Source: an uncultured Candidatus Saccharibacteria bacterium
GTDB lineage: Bacteria; Patescibacteriota; Minisyncoccia; Phycocordibacterales; Phycocordibacteraceae
Length of the DNA: 64,000 nucleotides
Direction: 5' to 3'
NCBI GenBank assembly: GCA_964638585.1
Contig: CAZXAN010000002.1
Coordinates: 73,291-137,290, forward strand
Numbering within the stretch: position 1 is the first letter of the stretch; each line of letters begins with the position of its first letter. This document shows, in pieces, positions 54,802-64,000 of this stretch. The notes beneath the pieces were generated by a model. That model worked only from the letters and a program-made list of their open reading frames with translations. It was not told the origin of the DNA and did no database searches. The translations under genes were made by a program, and so were the position numbers.

Positions 54802-55241
54802 TCGGCATTTTTCGGTGCAACTGCAAGTTTCAAGGAGGCAAACGTTGACACAGTGCGCGACTTGCCGTACGACACGTCAATTGGTGGGCTGTGAAAATGG
54901 CGATTGAGTATATAACTGCCATGCTCATTAGCTATGGTGTTAATGATCTTCACAAACGACCTGTAACCAACCATTTCGCACTCGATGTCCACAAAGTGAA
55001 GCCTCATATCTATGGCTTCTGCAATCAGATTCCTTGCTCGTGCCATCTCGACCGCATAGTTCTTGCGACCCACCTCTTGCAAATGATTCAGATAAAGTTT
55101 CTCATCTTCTTCTTTTTTAGTTACTTTCTCTGCGTCACGAGGCCATAACATATTCCATCTCATCAATCGCATCTGCGTCCCCTTAACGATATGCCACAGT
55201 TGGTGTGGCTCCAGAACGACTTTACTACACAATGACTGCAA
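54798..55241 (-). CDS. Hypothetical protein, directly abutting the atpC stop
   Basis: ORF with zero spacer to atpC. Confidence 0.4.
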   Translation of the reverse strand: MQSLCSKVVLEPHQLWHIVKGTQMRLMRWNMLWPRDAEKVTKKEEDEKLYLNHLQEVGRKNYAVEMARARNLIAEAIDMRLHFVDIECEMVGYRSFVKIINTIANEHGSYILNRHFHSPPIDVSYGKSRTVSTFASLKLAVAPKNAE

Positions 55242-55487
55242 TTACAAAAGAATAGTCGCCTGGTTGTGCGAGACTTCGGCGAGACCTCCAGATGGGAGAG
55301 GAAATACGTGTGATTGGTTATCGGCAGACATAACGCGCATCTCACCCGACTTTAATTCTGAAATAAACGCTTCGTGATTGGCGAGTATCTGGAAAACTCC
55401 ATCATCACCCGGCAGAGTAGCCGAGACAGCTTCGCCGTCAAAGAGGTTCTCGCCCACTTTTGCTACGGTTAAATGAAATGTTTTCAT
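55242..55487 (-). CDS. atpC: ATP synthase epsilon subunit, truncated (81 aa; beta-sandwich only, lacking the C-terminal helical hairpin)
   Basis: The N-domain pattern of F1 epsilon. Positioned after atpD. Confidence 0.75.
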   Translation of the reverse strand: MKTFHLTVAKVGENLFDGEAVSATLPGDDGVFQILANHEAFISELKSGEMRVMSADNQSHVFPLPSGGLAEVSHNQATILL

Positions 55488-55492
55488 AACTA

Positions 55493-56943
<1,451 letters not shown>

Positions 56944-56947
56944 TTAG

Positions 56948-57040
56948 TTGATTAGGCGCTAGGCTCTAGGCTCTAGGCGCTAGCATTATTTCTAATTTAT
57001 TTTTTATTTTTTTCATGTTGCTAATTCCTAGTGCCTAAAG
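56948..57040. repeat. TAGGC/GCCTA palindromic element, copy B (atpG-atpD spacer), with an AT-rich centre
   Basis: TTAGGCGCTAGGCTCTAGGCTCTAGGCGCTAGC ... CTAGTGCCTAAAGCCTAG. Confidence 0.55.
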
Positions 57041-57041
57041 C

Positions 57042-57956
57042 CTAGTTTGACAATGCTTCCCTGCCACCCACGATCTCGGAGACTTCGCGAGTGATGGCAG
57101 CTTGGCGAATTTTGTTGAAGAGTCGCGTGAGATCGTGCGCGACCTCTTTAGACTTGTCGGAGGCACTTTTCATCGCGACCATTCTCGCAGAATGCTCAGA
57201 CGCTTTCGCTTCAAGCAACATATTATAGAGCGCAACAGCCACAAGCCTTGGTACGAGGCGATTCAACACTTCTGCGCTCTCAGGTTCTACCGAATACGCT
57301 GTCGGCGGTTCTATCGCCGACAACGAGCTCCACTTGCCCTTACTCGGTACGATGCCTTCTACAATCTCTTTCAGGGCCGGCAGAGATATGGGCAAGAGCC
57401 TGCGCATCGTCGGCACTTGTTCAAAAGTAGATTTGAAATTGCTGTATATAGTTATCACTTTGTCATAATTCCCCCGCAAAAATCCTTCTGTTAGTTCTTG
57501 TGACAAACTCTCCATAAGAGCGAGAGGTACGTCGTCTCCCTTGTTTTCAAATGATTGTTTTATCGTATACGAACGACGCTTGAAATATTCTTCGCCCTTC
57601 TTGCCATACGCATATATCGTCACGTCACTGACCAACACAGAGTGTTGATCAAAGTACTCAACTGCCTTTTTTATGACACTACCGTTCAAAGCACCAGCAA
57701 GGCCTTTGTCGCTTGTTATGAGCACTAGTGCAATCTTCTTTCCTTCTCTGTGTAGAGCAAGCGGATGGCGTTTGACCTCTTCTGTGCCAGCGACACGAGT
57801 GAGGATAGAGAGTGCGGCGCGAGCATAGGGGCGACCGGCGATCGCTGACGCCTGCGTCTTACGCATCTTAACTGCAGAGACAGCCTCCATCGCACGCGTG
57901 ACTTTGTGCGTGCGCTCTGTCGCAGAAATTTTTGTTTTAATATCTTTAAGTGCCAT
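57042..57956 (-). CDS. atpG: ATP synthase gamma subunit
   Basis: [33 protein letters not shown] is the gamma N-terminal helix. Confidence 0.9.
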   Translation of the reverse strand: MALKDIKTKISATERTHKVTRAMEAVSAVKMRKTQASAIAGRPYARAALSILTRVAGTEEVKRHPLALHREGKKIALVLITSDKGLAGALNGSVIKKAVEYFDQHSVLVSDVTIYAYGKKGEEYFKRRSYTIKQSFENKGDDVPLALMESLSQELTEGFLRGNYDKVITIYSNFKSTFEQVPTMRRLLPISLPALKEIVEGIVPSKGKWSSLSAIEPPTAYSVEPESAEVLNRLVPRLVAVALYNMLLEAKASEHSARMVAMKSASDKSKEVAHDLTRLFNKIRQAAITREVSEIVGGREALSN

Positions 57957-59496
57957 GGTGTTTTACAAATGCCTCCAGCTTCTCACGAAGCGTCTTCTCT
58001 GATTCTTCACGTATCTCTTTAGACTCACGTATAGCTATCAGCACACCACCTGCTTCACGAGTCAGATAGTCTTGTAGCTTCGCTTCAACTGCCTTTATTT
58101 CACTTGGCGCGAAGCTATCTAGATAACCGTTTGTTGCCGCAAATATTATCGCCGCCTCCATAGCAAAAGGAAGTGGCGCCCCACGACCTTGGTTGAGAGT
58201 CTCTGTCATGCGCCTACCGGCATCAATGCGCTTCTTCGTCTCGGCGTCCAAATCGCTAGAAAACTGCATAAATGCCTCAAGCTCTCTAAATTGAGCAAGC
58301 TCCAATTTAATCTTGCCGGCAACTTTTTTCATCGCTTTCGTTTGAGCACTAGAACCTACGCGCGAAACCGAGATGCCCACGTTAATGGCAGGTCGCTGAC
58401 CTTTGTTAAACAAGTTTGCTTCCAGATATATCTGCCCGTCGGTAATAGAGATAACGTTTGTAGGTATATATGCAGACACGTCGCCCTCTTGCGTCTCTAT
58501 TATTGGCAAGGCAGTTAATGACCCACCACCCTTCTCTTTTGAGAGTTTTGCCGCGCGCTCTAGTAGACGCGAATGCAGATAGAAAATGTCTCCCGGATAA
58601 GCCTCACGCCCAGGTGGTCGGCGCAAGAGTAATGACATTTGTCGATATGCTACAGCCTGTTTGGATAGGTCATCGTAAACAACGAGAGCATCCTTGCCAG
58701 CCTCCATAAAATATTCGCCGATAGCAGCGCCGGCAAACGGCGCGAGGAATTGTAGCGAGGCAGGGCTAGACGCCGGCGCAGTAACGACTATCGTGTATTC
58801 CATCGCACCTCTTTCTGCCAACTCTGCTACCAATTTTGCCGTTTTAGATTCTTTTTGGCCGATTGCTACATAAATACAAACTGGTCTCGTCTCTTTCGGT
58901 TCGCTTTTTTGATTTAAAATAGTATCTATAGCAATGCTCGTCTTACCGGTACCTCTGTCGCCGATTATAAGCTCACGTTGCCCTCTACCGATCGGGATCA
59001 TCGCATCTATTGCTTTTATGCCTGTGTGGAGCGGTACATTCACCGGAGCTCGGTCCATCACGCCATATGCCTCGCGCTCTATGTTCCGCAACTCTTTTGC
59101 TCCAGTCGGTCCCTTACCATCAACCGGCTCGCCAAGCGGATTTACTACTCTGCCTATCAAAGAGTCTCCTACTGAAATAGAAAGTAGACGATTTAAACGC
59201 CGTACAAGCATGCCCTCGTGTATCTTTGAAGCGTCACCAAGAATAACTGCACGCACGCCATCTTCTTCAAGATTCAACACTAGTCCGTAAATCGGAGAAG
59301 TATCTTTAAGAGCTTCTTCAAGTGTTCTGTCAAAAGTTGGATCAAATAGCACCATCTCGGACATCACAGAGTGCGTGAGTCCGTCAATCTCTGCAATACC
59401 ATCGCCAGCGGCACGAACAATGCCTGTCTCCTCGCTCCCAGCGCTCGGGGTCCATGAGGCAATCTCTTTCTCAATTCTCTCAATGATGGTTTGCAT
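57946..59496 (-). CDS. atpA: ATP synthase alpha subunit
   Basis: Walker [10 protein letters not shown] and the full F1-alpha length. Confidence 0.95.
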   Translation of the reverse strand: MQTIIERIEKEIASWTPSAGSEETGIVRAAGDGIAEIDGLTHSVMSEMVLFDPTFDRTLEEALKDTSPIYGLVLNLEEDGVRAVILGDASKIHEGMLVRRLNRLLSISVGDSLIGRVVNPLGEPVDGKGPTGAKELRNIEREAYGVMDRAPVNVPLHTGIKAIDAMIPIGRGQRELIIGDRGTGKTSIAIDTILNQKSEPKETRPVCIYVAIGQKESKTAKLVAELAERGAMEYTIVVTAPASSPASLQFLAPFAGAAIGEYFMEAGKDALVVYDDLSKQAVAYRQMSLLLRRPPGREAYPGDIFYLHSRLLERAAKLSKEKGGGSLTALPIIETQEGDVSAYIPTNVISITDGQIYLEANLFNKGQRPAINVGISVSRVGSSAQTKAMKKVAGKIKLELAQFRELEAFMQFSSDLDAETKKRIDAGRRMTETLNQGRGAPLPFAMEAAIIFAATNGYLDSFAPSEIKAVEAKLQDYLTREAGGVLIAIRESKEIREESEKTLREKLEAFVKHHGT

Positions 59497-59498
59497 AA

Positions 59499-59533
59499 CT
59501 GGCTAGTTAATAGGCTTTAGGCGCTAGGCGCTA
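59499..59533. repeat. TAGGC-repeat element, short copy C (atpH-atpA junction; partly overlaps the atpH 3' end)
   Basis: GGCTAGTTAATAGGCTTTAGGCGCTAGGCGCTAG. Confidence 0.45.
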
Positions 59534-59982
59534 GTAACCTGTTGGTAAATGTGTATGAGAGCTCTCTTAGCTGAACGGTCAATTAACATATCTCCCTTTT
59601 GTGCTCGCCAACCGCTTATTATAGATGGGTTAACTATCGCGTGCTTTGCTACCATGCCAAAGCTTGTGGCAAGGCTGAGCGCCTCATCTGCATCTTTCAA
59701 GTGGGCTACCTCAACTTTTGCGCGCAGAGCATGTCGGCGAGCAGCCACCTTTCGCAATTCACGCACAATCTGCGAGAGCATCTTCATTCGTCCGGCACTC
59801 TTCAAGTGCACAATCAGCTTTGTTACAGCGGCATCAGACATTGTCTTGTCCTCAACCTCGGCAGCAGCTTCTAGCAGGCGTGTGTAATCGTCAATCATGA
59901 TGCTCGTCCCGCGTAGCTCTAGCGGAGTGGGATAGGATCTTTTCAGCAGCGAGTACAGCGAGTCGCGCAACATCCTTCTCAC
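59524..59982 (-). CDS. atpH: ATP synthase delta (OSCP) subunit, short
   Basis: OSCP-like helical pattern. Position between atpF and atpA. Confidence 0.7.
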   Translation of the reverse strand: MRRMLRDSLYSLLKRSYPTPLELRGTSIMIDDYTRLLEAAAEVEDKTMSDAAVTKLIVHLKSAGRMKMLSQIVRELRKVAARRHALRAKVEVAHLKDADEALSLATSFGMVAKHAIVNPSIISGWRAQKGDMLIDRSAKRALIHIYQQVTSA

Positions 59983-60364
59983 TCTCGCGCCTAGCTCGCT
60001 CTACCGTTTCTACCGCACGCAACTCTGCATCTTTAGCTATAGAGAAGGCACTCTCTTCAGCTTCTTTTATAAGCCTCGCCTTCTCCACACTCGCCGATTC
60101 GCGGGCAGAAGAGATGATATTTTCTGCCTGACTCTCGGCAACATTAATGCGCTTTGTTGATTCGTTGTCTGCACTGGCGAGCATCTCGCCTGCTTGCCGA
60201 GCATCTTCAACCCCTTTGGCAACAACGTCTCTCCTCTTATCCATCATCTCCATAACTGGCTTGTAGAGAAAGTACCAGAGAGCGAGAAGGACGATGCCGA
60301 AGTTTATCGCCTGAGCGAGAAGAAGAGACCATTTTATTCCGAATGCGTCCAGAAGCTGAGTCAT
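59891..60364 (-). CDS. atpF: ATP synthase subunit b
   Basis: N-terminal TM helix and a long charged coiled-coil. Confidence 0.8.
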   Translation of the reverse strand: MTQLLDAFGIKWSLLLAQAINFGIVLLALWYFLYKPVMEMMDKRRDVVAKGVEDARQAGEMLASADNESTKRINVAESQAENIISSARESASVEKARLIKEAEESAFSIAKDAELRAVETVERARRESEKDVARLAVLAAEKILSHSARATRDEHHD

Positions 60365-60367
60365 AGG

Positions 60368-60452
60368 AAGTTAGGATTTAGGCGCTAGGCTTTAGCGAAA
60401 TGCATTTTGTAATTACTAGCGCCCAGTGCCTAGAGCCTGTCATAGTGCCTAG
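60368..60452. repeat. TAGGC/GCCTA palindromic element, copy D (atpE-atpF spacer); near-identical core to copy A
   Basis: AGTTAGGATTTAGGCGCTAGGCTTTAGCGAAATGCATTTTGTAATTACTAGCGCCCAGTGCCTAGAGCCTGTCATAGTGCCTAG. Confidence 0.6.
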
Positions 60453-60698
<246 letters not shown>

Positions 60699-61451
60699 TT
60701 AATGCGCACCCTCTGGCTCCGCTATCGCCAACTTTATAAAGAACAGAGTGAGCATGGCGAAGACGAGCGCTTGCACAAGCCCAATAAACATCTCAAATCC
60801 CATCAAAGGTGCTGGCAACAGATATGGCAAGAAGTAGCTCGCCACCAATATCATCACTTCGCCTGCAAAAATATTTCCAAATAGACGGAACGAGAACGAG
60901 ATAAGCCGACCAAGATTGCTGACAAGCTCTATGAGCCCGACAACAAACCCGATCGGCGATTTAACATTAACATACTTCTTTGCATATTTGAAAAATCCAA
61001 GCATCGCTATGCCTGTGATCTCTATGACGAAGAAGGATATGAGCGCAAGTGCGAGAGTGAAGTTGAGGTCTGTTGTCGGTGCACGCAAGATAGGCAAAAA
61101 CTCTGACGCGTGCGAGAAGCCGATTGAGCCCACTCCTGGGAAGAACTCAAGCTCATTGATAAATGCGACAAAAATGAAGATTGTTGCCACAAGGGGGAAA
61201 AACCTCCTAGCAAGTTTCTCACTCTCTAACACCTCTGTCATATATGCTATTGCTCCTTCAAAGGCCCACTCTATGCCAGCTTGTAGCTTGCCAGGCACAA
61301 GAGTAAGAGATTTGCCAAAGAAATACGCGCCCAATATGAGTAAGGTCATAATCACCCACGCCATAATAAGAGAGTTGGTGATTGGGAAACCGAAAACGGA
61401 GCCTAATTGCTCCGCCTTGAGGACAACGCTGATCCCTTCATGCATATACAC
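60699..61451 (-). CDS. atpB: ATP synthase subunit a
   Basis: Conserved Arg-containing helix (...RLFGNIFAGEVM...). Confidence 0.9.
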   Translation of the reverse strand: MYMHEGISVVLKAEQLGSVFGFPITNSLIMAWVIMTLLILGAYFFGKSLTLVPGKLQAGIEWAFEGAIAYMTEVLESEKLARRFFPLVATIFIFVAFINELEFFPGVGSIGFSHASEFLPILRAPTTDLNFTLALALISFFVIEITGIAMLGFFKYAKKYVNVKSPIGFVVGLIELVSNLGRLISFSFRLFGNIFAGEVMILVASYFLPYLLPAPLMGFEMFIGLVQALVFAMLTLFFIKLAIAEPEGAH

Positions 61452-61520
61452 ATACTAGCAGACGACCCCCCTTGTATGCTATATACTATATGGGTCAGCA
61501 TTAATACAATAAAATTCATT

Positions 61521-61772
61521 ATGGCAATAAATTCAGCTCTATCAAAACCTCTTAACCTCTCTGCAGATCTAGAGGCAGTCGTGGGTAAGGGTCCGATGCC
61601 TAGAACAGAGGTGGTAAAACAGCTCTGGGTTTACATCAAGAAGCACAATCTTCAGAACCCTGCTAACAAGCGCAACATCCTCGCGGATGACAAGCTTAAG
61701 CCGGTATTCGGCGGTAAGGCAGAGGTTTCTATGTTTGAGATGACCAAGCTCGTCTCGGCGCACTTGAGCTAA
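61521..61772 (+). CDS. SWIB/MDM2-domain protein (83 aa). The ORF track's longer N-terminal extension is probably not translated.
   Basis: LEAVVGKGPMPRTEVVKQLWVYIKKHNLQNPANKRNILADDKLKPVFGG...MFEMTKLVSAHL is a textbook SWIB domain. Confidence 0.7.
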   Translation: MAINSALSKPLNLSADLEAVVGKGPMPRTEVVKQLWVYIKKHNLQNPANKRNILADDKLKPVFGGKAEVSMFEMTKLVSAHLS

Positions 61773-61789
61773 CAAAGGTCGCTCGGTTC

Positions 61790-61826
61790 AAAAGTAAATC
61801 CCGCTTCACAGCGGGATTTACTTTAT
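61790..61826. terminator. Bidirectional terminator AAGTAAATCCCGC-TTCACA-GCGGGATTTACTT between the convergent SWIB and response-regulator genes
   Basis: 13-bp perfect stem with T-runs on both strands. Confidence 0.5.
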
Positions 61827-61842
61827 GGCTTGAGCTGAGGAT

Positions 61843-62211
61843 TTACTTTTTGAAAACATCATCAATTATTCCAGCGATTCCTTCAAGAGATTCATTTGAT
61901 TTAATAAAATATCCTCTAACTCCTAGAGATACTCCTTCGCTGATTTTGTCTAGTGTAGAAATGTTGGATGTGATAAGTACTGGGATCTTACCAGCTCCAT
62001 ACTTCTCATTCAACTTCTTCAAAAATTCTATACCGTCCATCTTTGGCATCATAATGTCTAGCAATATCAAATCCGGTCTTTCTTCTTCAATTCTTGCCAG
62101 TCCCTCTTCTCCGTTTCCGGCAGATGATACGACATATTTCTCAGGATCCAGAGATGCCTTCATAGAAGCCACAAACGTCATGTCGTCATCAATCACAAGT
62201 ATTTTTTTCAT
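61843..62211 (-). CDS. Single-domain response regulator (CheY-like receiver)
   Basis: DD...D57-like (LILLDIMMPKMDG), T/S (LITSNI) and K (YFIKS) receiver residues. Confidence 0.8.
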   Translation of the reverse strand: MKKILVIDDDMTFVASMKASLDPEKYVVSSAGNGEEGLARIEEERPDLILLDIMMPKMDGIEFLKKLNEKYGAGKIPVLITSNISTLDKISEGVSLGVRGYFIKSNESLEGIAGIIDDVFKK

Positions 62212-63974
62212 GTCTTGTTTATTATAGTTTCCTGTACCACGATAGGCAACGTGAAGTAAAAAGTAGTTCCGACATCCACCTTGGACACAAGGTCTATTAT
62301 ACCACCGTGCTCCACCACTATTCCGCGCGCTATAGCGAGCCCAAGACCGGTTCCCTTAATGTTGGTCACTAGCGTCTTGTTGTTCAATTGTTTGAATTTA
62401 TTAAACAGTTGTGAGCGATTATCCGACGCGATGCCGATGCCTGTATCACTAACGGCAACGACGAGCGACTTCGGTATGGTGGCGAAGGCATCTTCAGGAA
62501 GTGGTTCTTGGAGCGCGACTCCCGCCTTCTCAGCTTCTGAGTTTACCTGCACTCCAGCTTCGTGTGTAAACGCAGACACCGTTACCGAACCACTCTCGTT
62601 GGTAAACTTAAGCGCGTTTGAAATAAGATTGTTCAACACCTGTTTAATCCTCTGCACATCAAACGGTATATCTTTTGCCATATTTTTTCCAATGGACGAA
62701 GCGAGATGAATCTTCTTATCCGCAGCAGTGATGTTGAAGAACGAAATTCTATTCGCGATTACCTCTTCTATGTCGGCTGGTTCGCGACTAATCTCAAACT
62801 TCCCAGCCTGCAATTTCGCAGCGTCTAAGATGTCATTCACCAGATCGAGCATTGACGAAGAGTTCTGGTAGATAATGTTCACATACTCTTTGGAGGTGAC
62901 AGCCTTCTTCCTAGGCATCTTTAAGATCTCACTAGCCTTCTGAATCCCGCTTAGCGGGGTCCTTAGTTCATGCACTATCATAGAAGTGAAGTCGTCACGC
63001 ACCTTCTCCAGTTCTACCTCGCGCGTTACGTCGTGAAAGATTACAACCCCTCCTAATACGTCACCTTCGTTTAGTGCTGACATAGTCTTGACCGGGAAGA
63101 CGAATGATTGATAAAATCTTTCACCGATGCCAAAGCGCTCGGACATAAATGTCTTCTTAAGCTTCACGCTTTCTTCCAGACGACCACGAATATCCATCTT
63201 CCCTCCTAGATTATCTATGAAGTCAAATATCGTTACTTCTTTCTTCTTTTCTTGCCCTATTACTCTCTTGGCTGCTGGATTAATAACTAGAATTCTATAG
63301 TCAGCGTCAGTCATCACGACCCCATCCTCCATACTCTCTACCATGGCATTTACTTTGGCTTGTTCGGTCTTGACCACTCCCTGAAGACTTGTCACCGCCT
63401 TGGATGCTTGTTGAATAATCTTGTAGAGAATCGTCATTTCCTCCTCTTTATAAAGGCCTTCCTTGGTGTCAGCGACGGTTAAAACGCCAACAACTTTTTC
63501 ATCAATAACTAGAGGAATGTTAAAGAATGAGCGAACCGGCTCTTCAAGCTCTTCTATTATGATTGCGCCGGAAAGAATTTCTTCTACATCTTTTTTATTG
63601 AATTCGCGATCAAGAAGAGCTCCGAGCGAGCCGAGCATTCTGTCTCTCACGTCGTTTACGAACCGCCGATGCACAGAATTCTCTAGGTGCATCTTGAATA
63701 TCACTTTCTCTGGCTCAATAATCATGTACGAGACAGCCGAGTACTCTATAAACTGGTGGAGGGAGTTCGTGATGATGTCAATAATTTGCTGGACATTGAG
63801 AGAATACCCGATACGGTCTCCGAGCTCTTTAAGAATCGCGAGCTCGTACATTCTGCGACTGACATCTTTTTCTTTCTTCGCTAGAACACTTTTCGCCTGC
63901 TGGTCCTTAATCGCCAAATACACGCTCACGCCAACGGCGATGCATGTGATGATAATAGATATGACCGTAACCAT
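62208..63974 (-). CDS. Sensor histidine kinase with an N-terminal TM, GAF/PAS-like sensor domains, HisKA and HATPase_c
   Basis: H-box HELRTPLSGI, and N, G1 (DTGIGI) and G2 (GTGLGLAI) boxes. Overlaps the response-regulator gene by 4 nt. Confidence 0.8.
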   Translation of the reverse strand: MVTVISIIITCIAVGVSVYLAIKDQQAKSVLAKKEKDVSRRMYELAILKELGDRIGYSLNVQQIIDIITNSLHQFIEYSAVSYMIIEPEKVIFKMHLENSVHRRFVNDVRDRMLGSLGALLDREFNKKDVEEILSGAIIIEELEEPVRSFFNIPLVIDEKVVGVLTVADTKEGLYKEEEMTILYKIIQQASKAVTSLQGVVKTEQAKVNAMVESMEDGVVMTDADYRILVINPAAKRVIGQEKKKEVTIFDFIDNLGGKMDIRGRLEESVKLKKTFMSERFGIGERFYQSFVFPVKTMSALNEGDVLGGVVIFHDVTREVELEKVRDDFTSMIVHELRTPLSGIQKASEILKMPRKKAVTSKEYVNIIYQNSSSMLDLVNDILDAAKLQAGKFEISREPADIEEVIANRISFFNITAADKKIHLASSIGKNMAKDIPFDVQRIKQVLNNLISNALKFTNESGSVTVSAFTHEAGVQVNSEAEKAGVALQEPLPEDAFATIPKSLVVAVSDTGIGIASDNRSQLFNKFKQLNNKTLVTNIKGTGLGLAIARGIVVEHGGIIDLVSKVDVGTTFYFTLPIVVQETIINKT

Positions 63975-64000
63975 GACCGCTTAATAACCCTTCAGTTCAA

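Overview
This 64 kb window is dense (about 90% coding), moderate GC, and has very short intergenic spacers. Most genes are on the minus strand. The content is almost entirely core housekeeping:

- Cell-wall / division genes: mraY-ftsW-[unknown]-murG, murE, a dacA-like carboxypeptidase, mltG, an M23 peptidase.
- Chaperones: grpE-dnaK ... dnaJ.
- Six aminoacyl-tRNA synthetases: gltX, aspS (archaeal type), trpS, tyrS, alaS, leuS; plus one tRNA-Tyr.
- A ribosomal-protein/rpoA block: infA-rpmJ-rpsM-rpsK-rpsD-rpoA-rplQ, rplM-rpsI, rplI, rpmA.
- scpA/scpB, pepA, pepO, ung, alkA, two NUDIX hydrolases, a LOG-family protein, xerC/D-like recombinase, mnmA, ychF.
- A complete F1Fo ATP synthase operon (atpBEFHAGDC) with a truncated epsilon subunit.
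- A histidine kinase / receiver pair.

The proteins are short. Together with the archaeal-type AspRS, a DUF5671-like membrane protein, a sigma-70 region-4/HARE-HTH protein, an ATP-cone/Mrr fusion, a SWIB-domain protein, many small membrane proteins and weak SD usage, this points to a reduced-genome bacterium such as the Candidate Phyla Radiation (Patescibacteria). That is an inference from gene content, not something read from a marker gene.

No rRNA, CRISPR array or obvious prophage is present. The things worth a second look are all outside the housekeeping genes:

1. A family of TAGGC/GCCTA-built palindromic elements that occupies every intercistronic spacer of the atp operon.
2. A PaaX-like regulator gene flanked by two copies of a long palindrome with a CCTATAGG core. 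The core recurs in a hairpin elsewhere, and that hairpin's GTCGGAAAT arms recur in a fourth.
3. A cysteine-rich unknown gene inserted in the dcw cluster, with its own terminator.
4. An unusual dnaK-dnaJ spacer with an operator-like inverted repeat and CACGGTCGTG repeats. No CIRCE and no hrcA were seen.
5. A small-ORF islet between grpE and rpsI.
6. A perfect 23-bp tandem direct repeat in the tyrS leader, next to tRNA-Tyr.
7. Three unknown genes appended directly behind the truncated atpC.
8. An orphan Cas4-like nuclease.

Coordinates of non-ORF features were derived by hand from the sequence and may be off by 1-2 nt.
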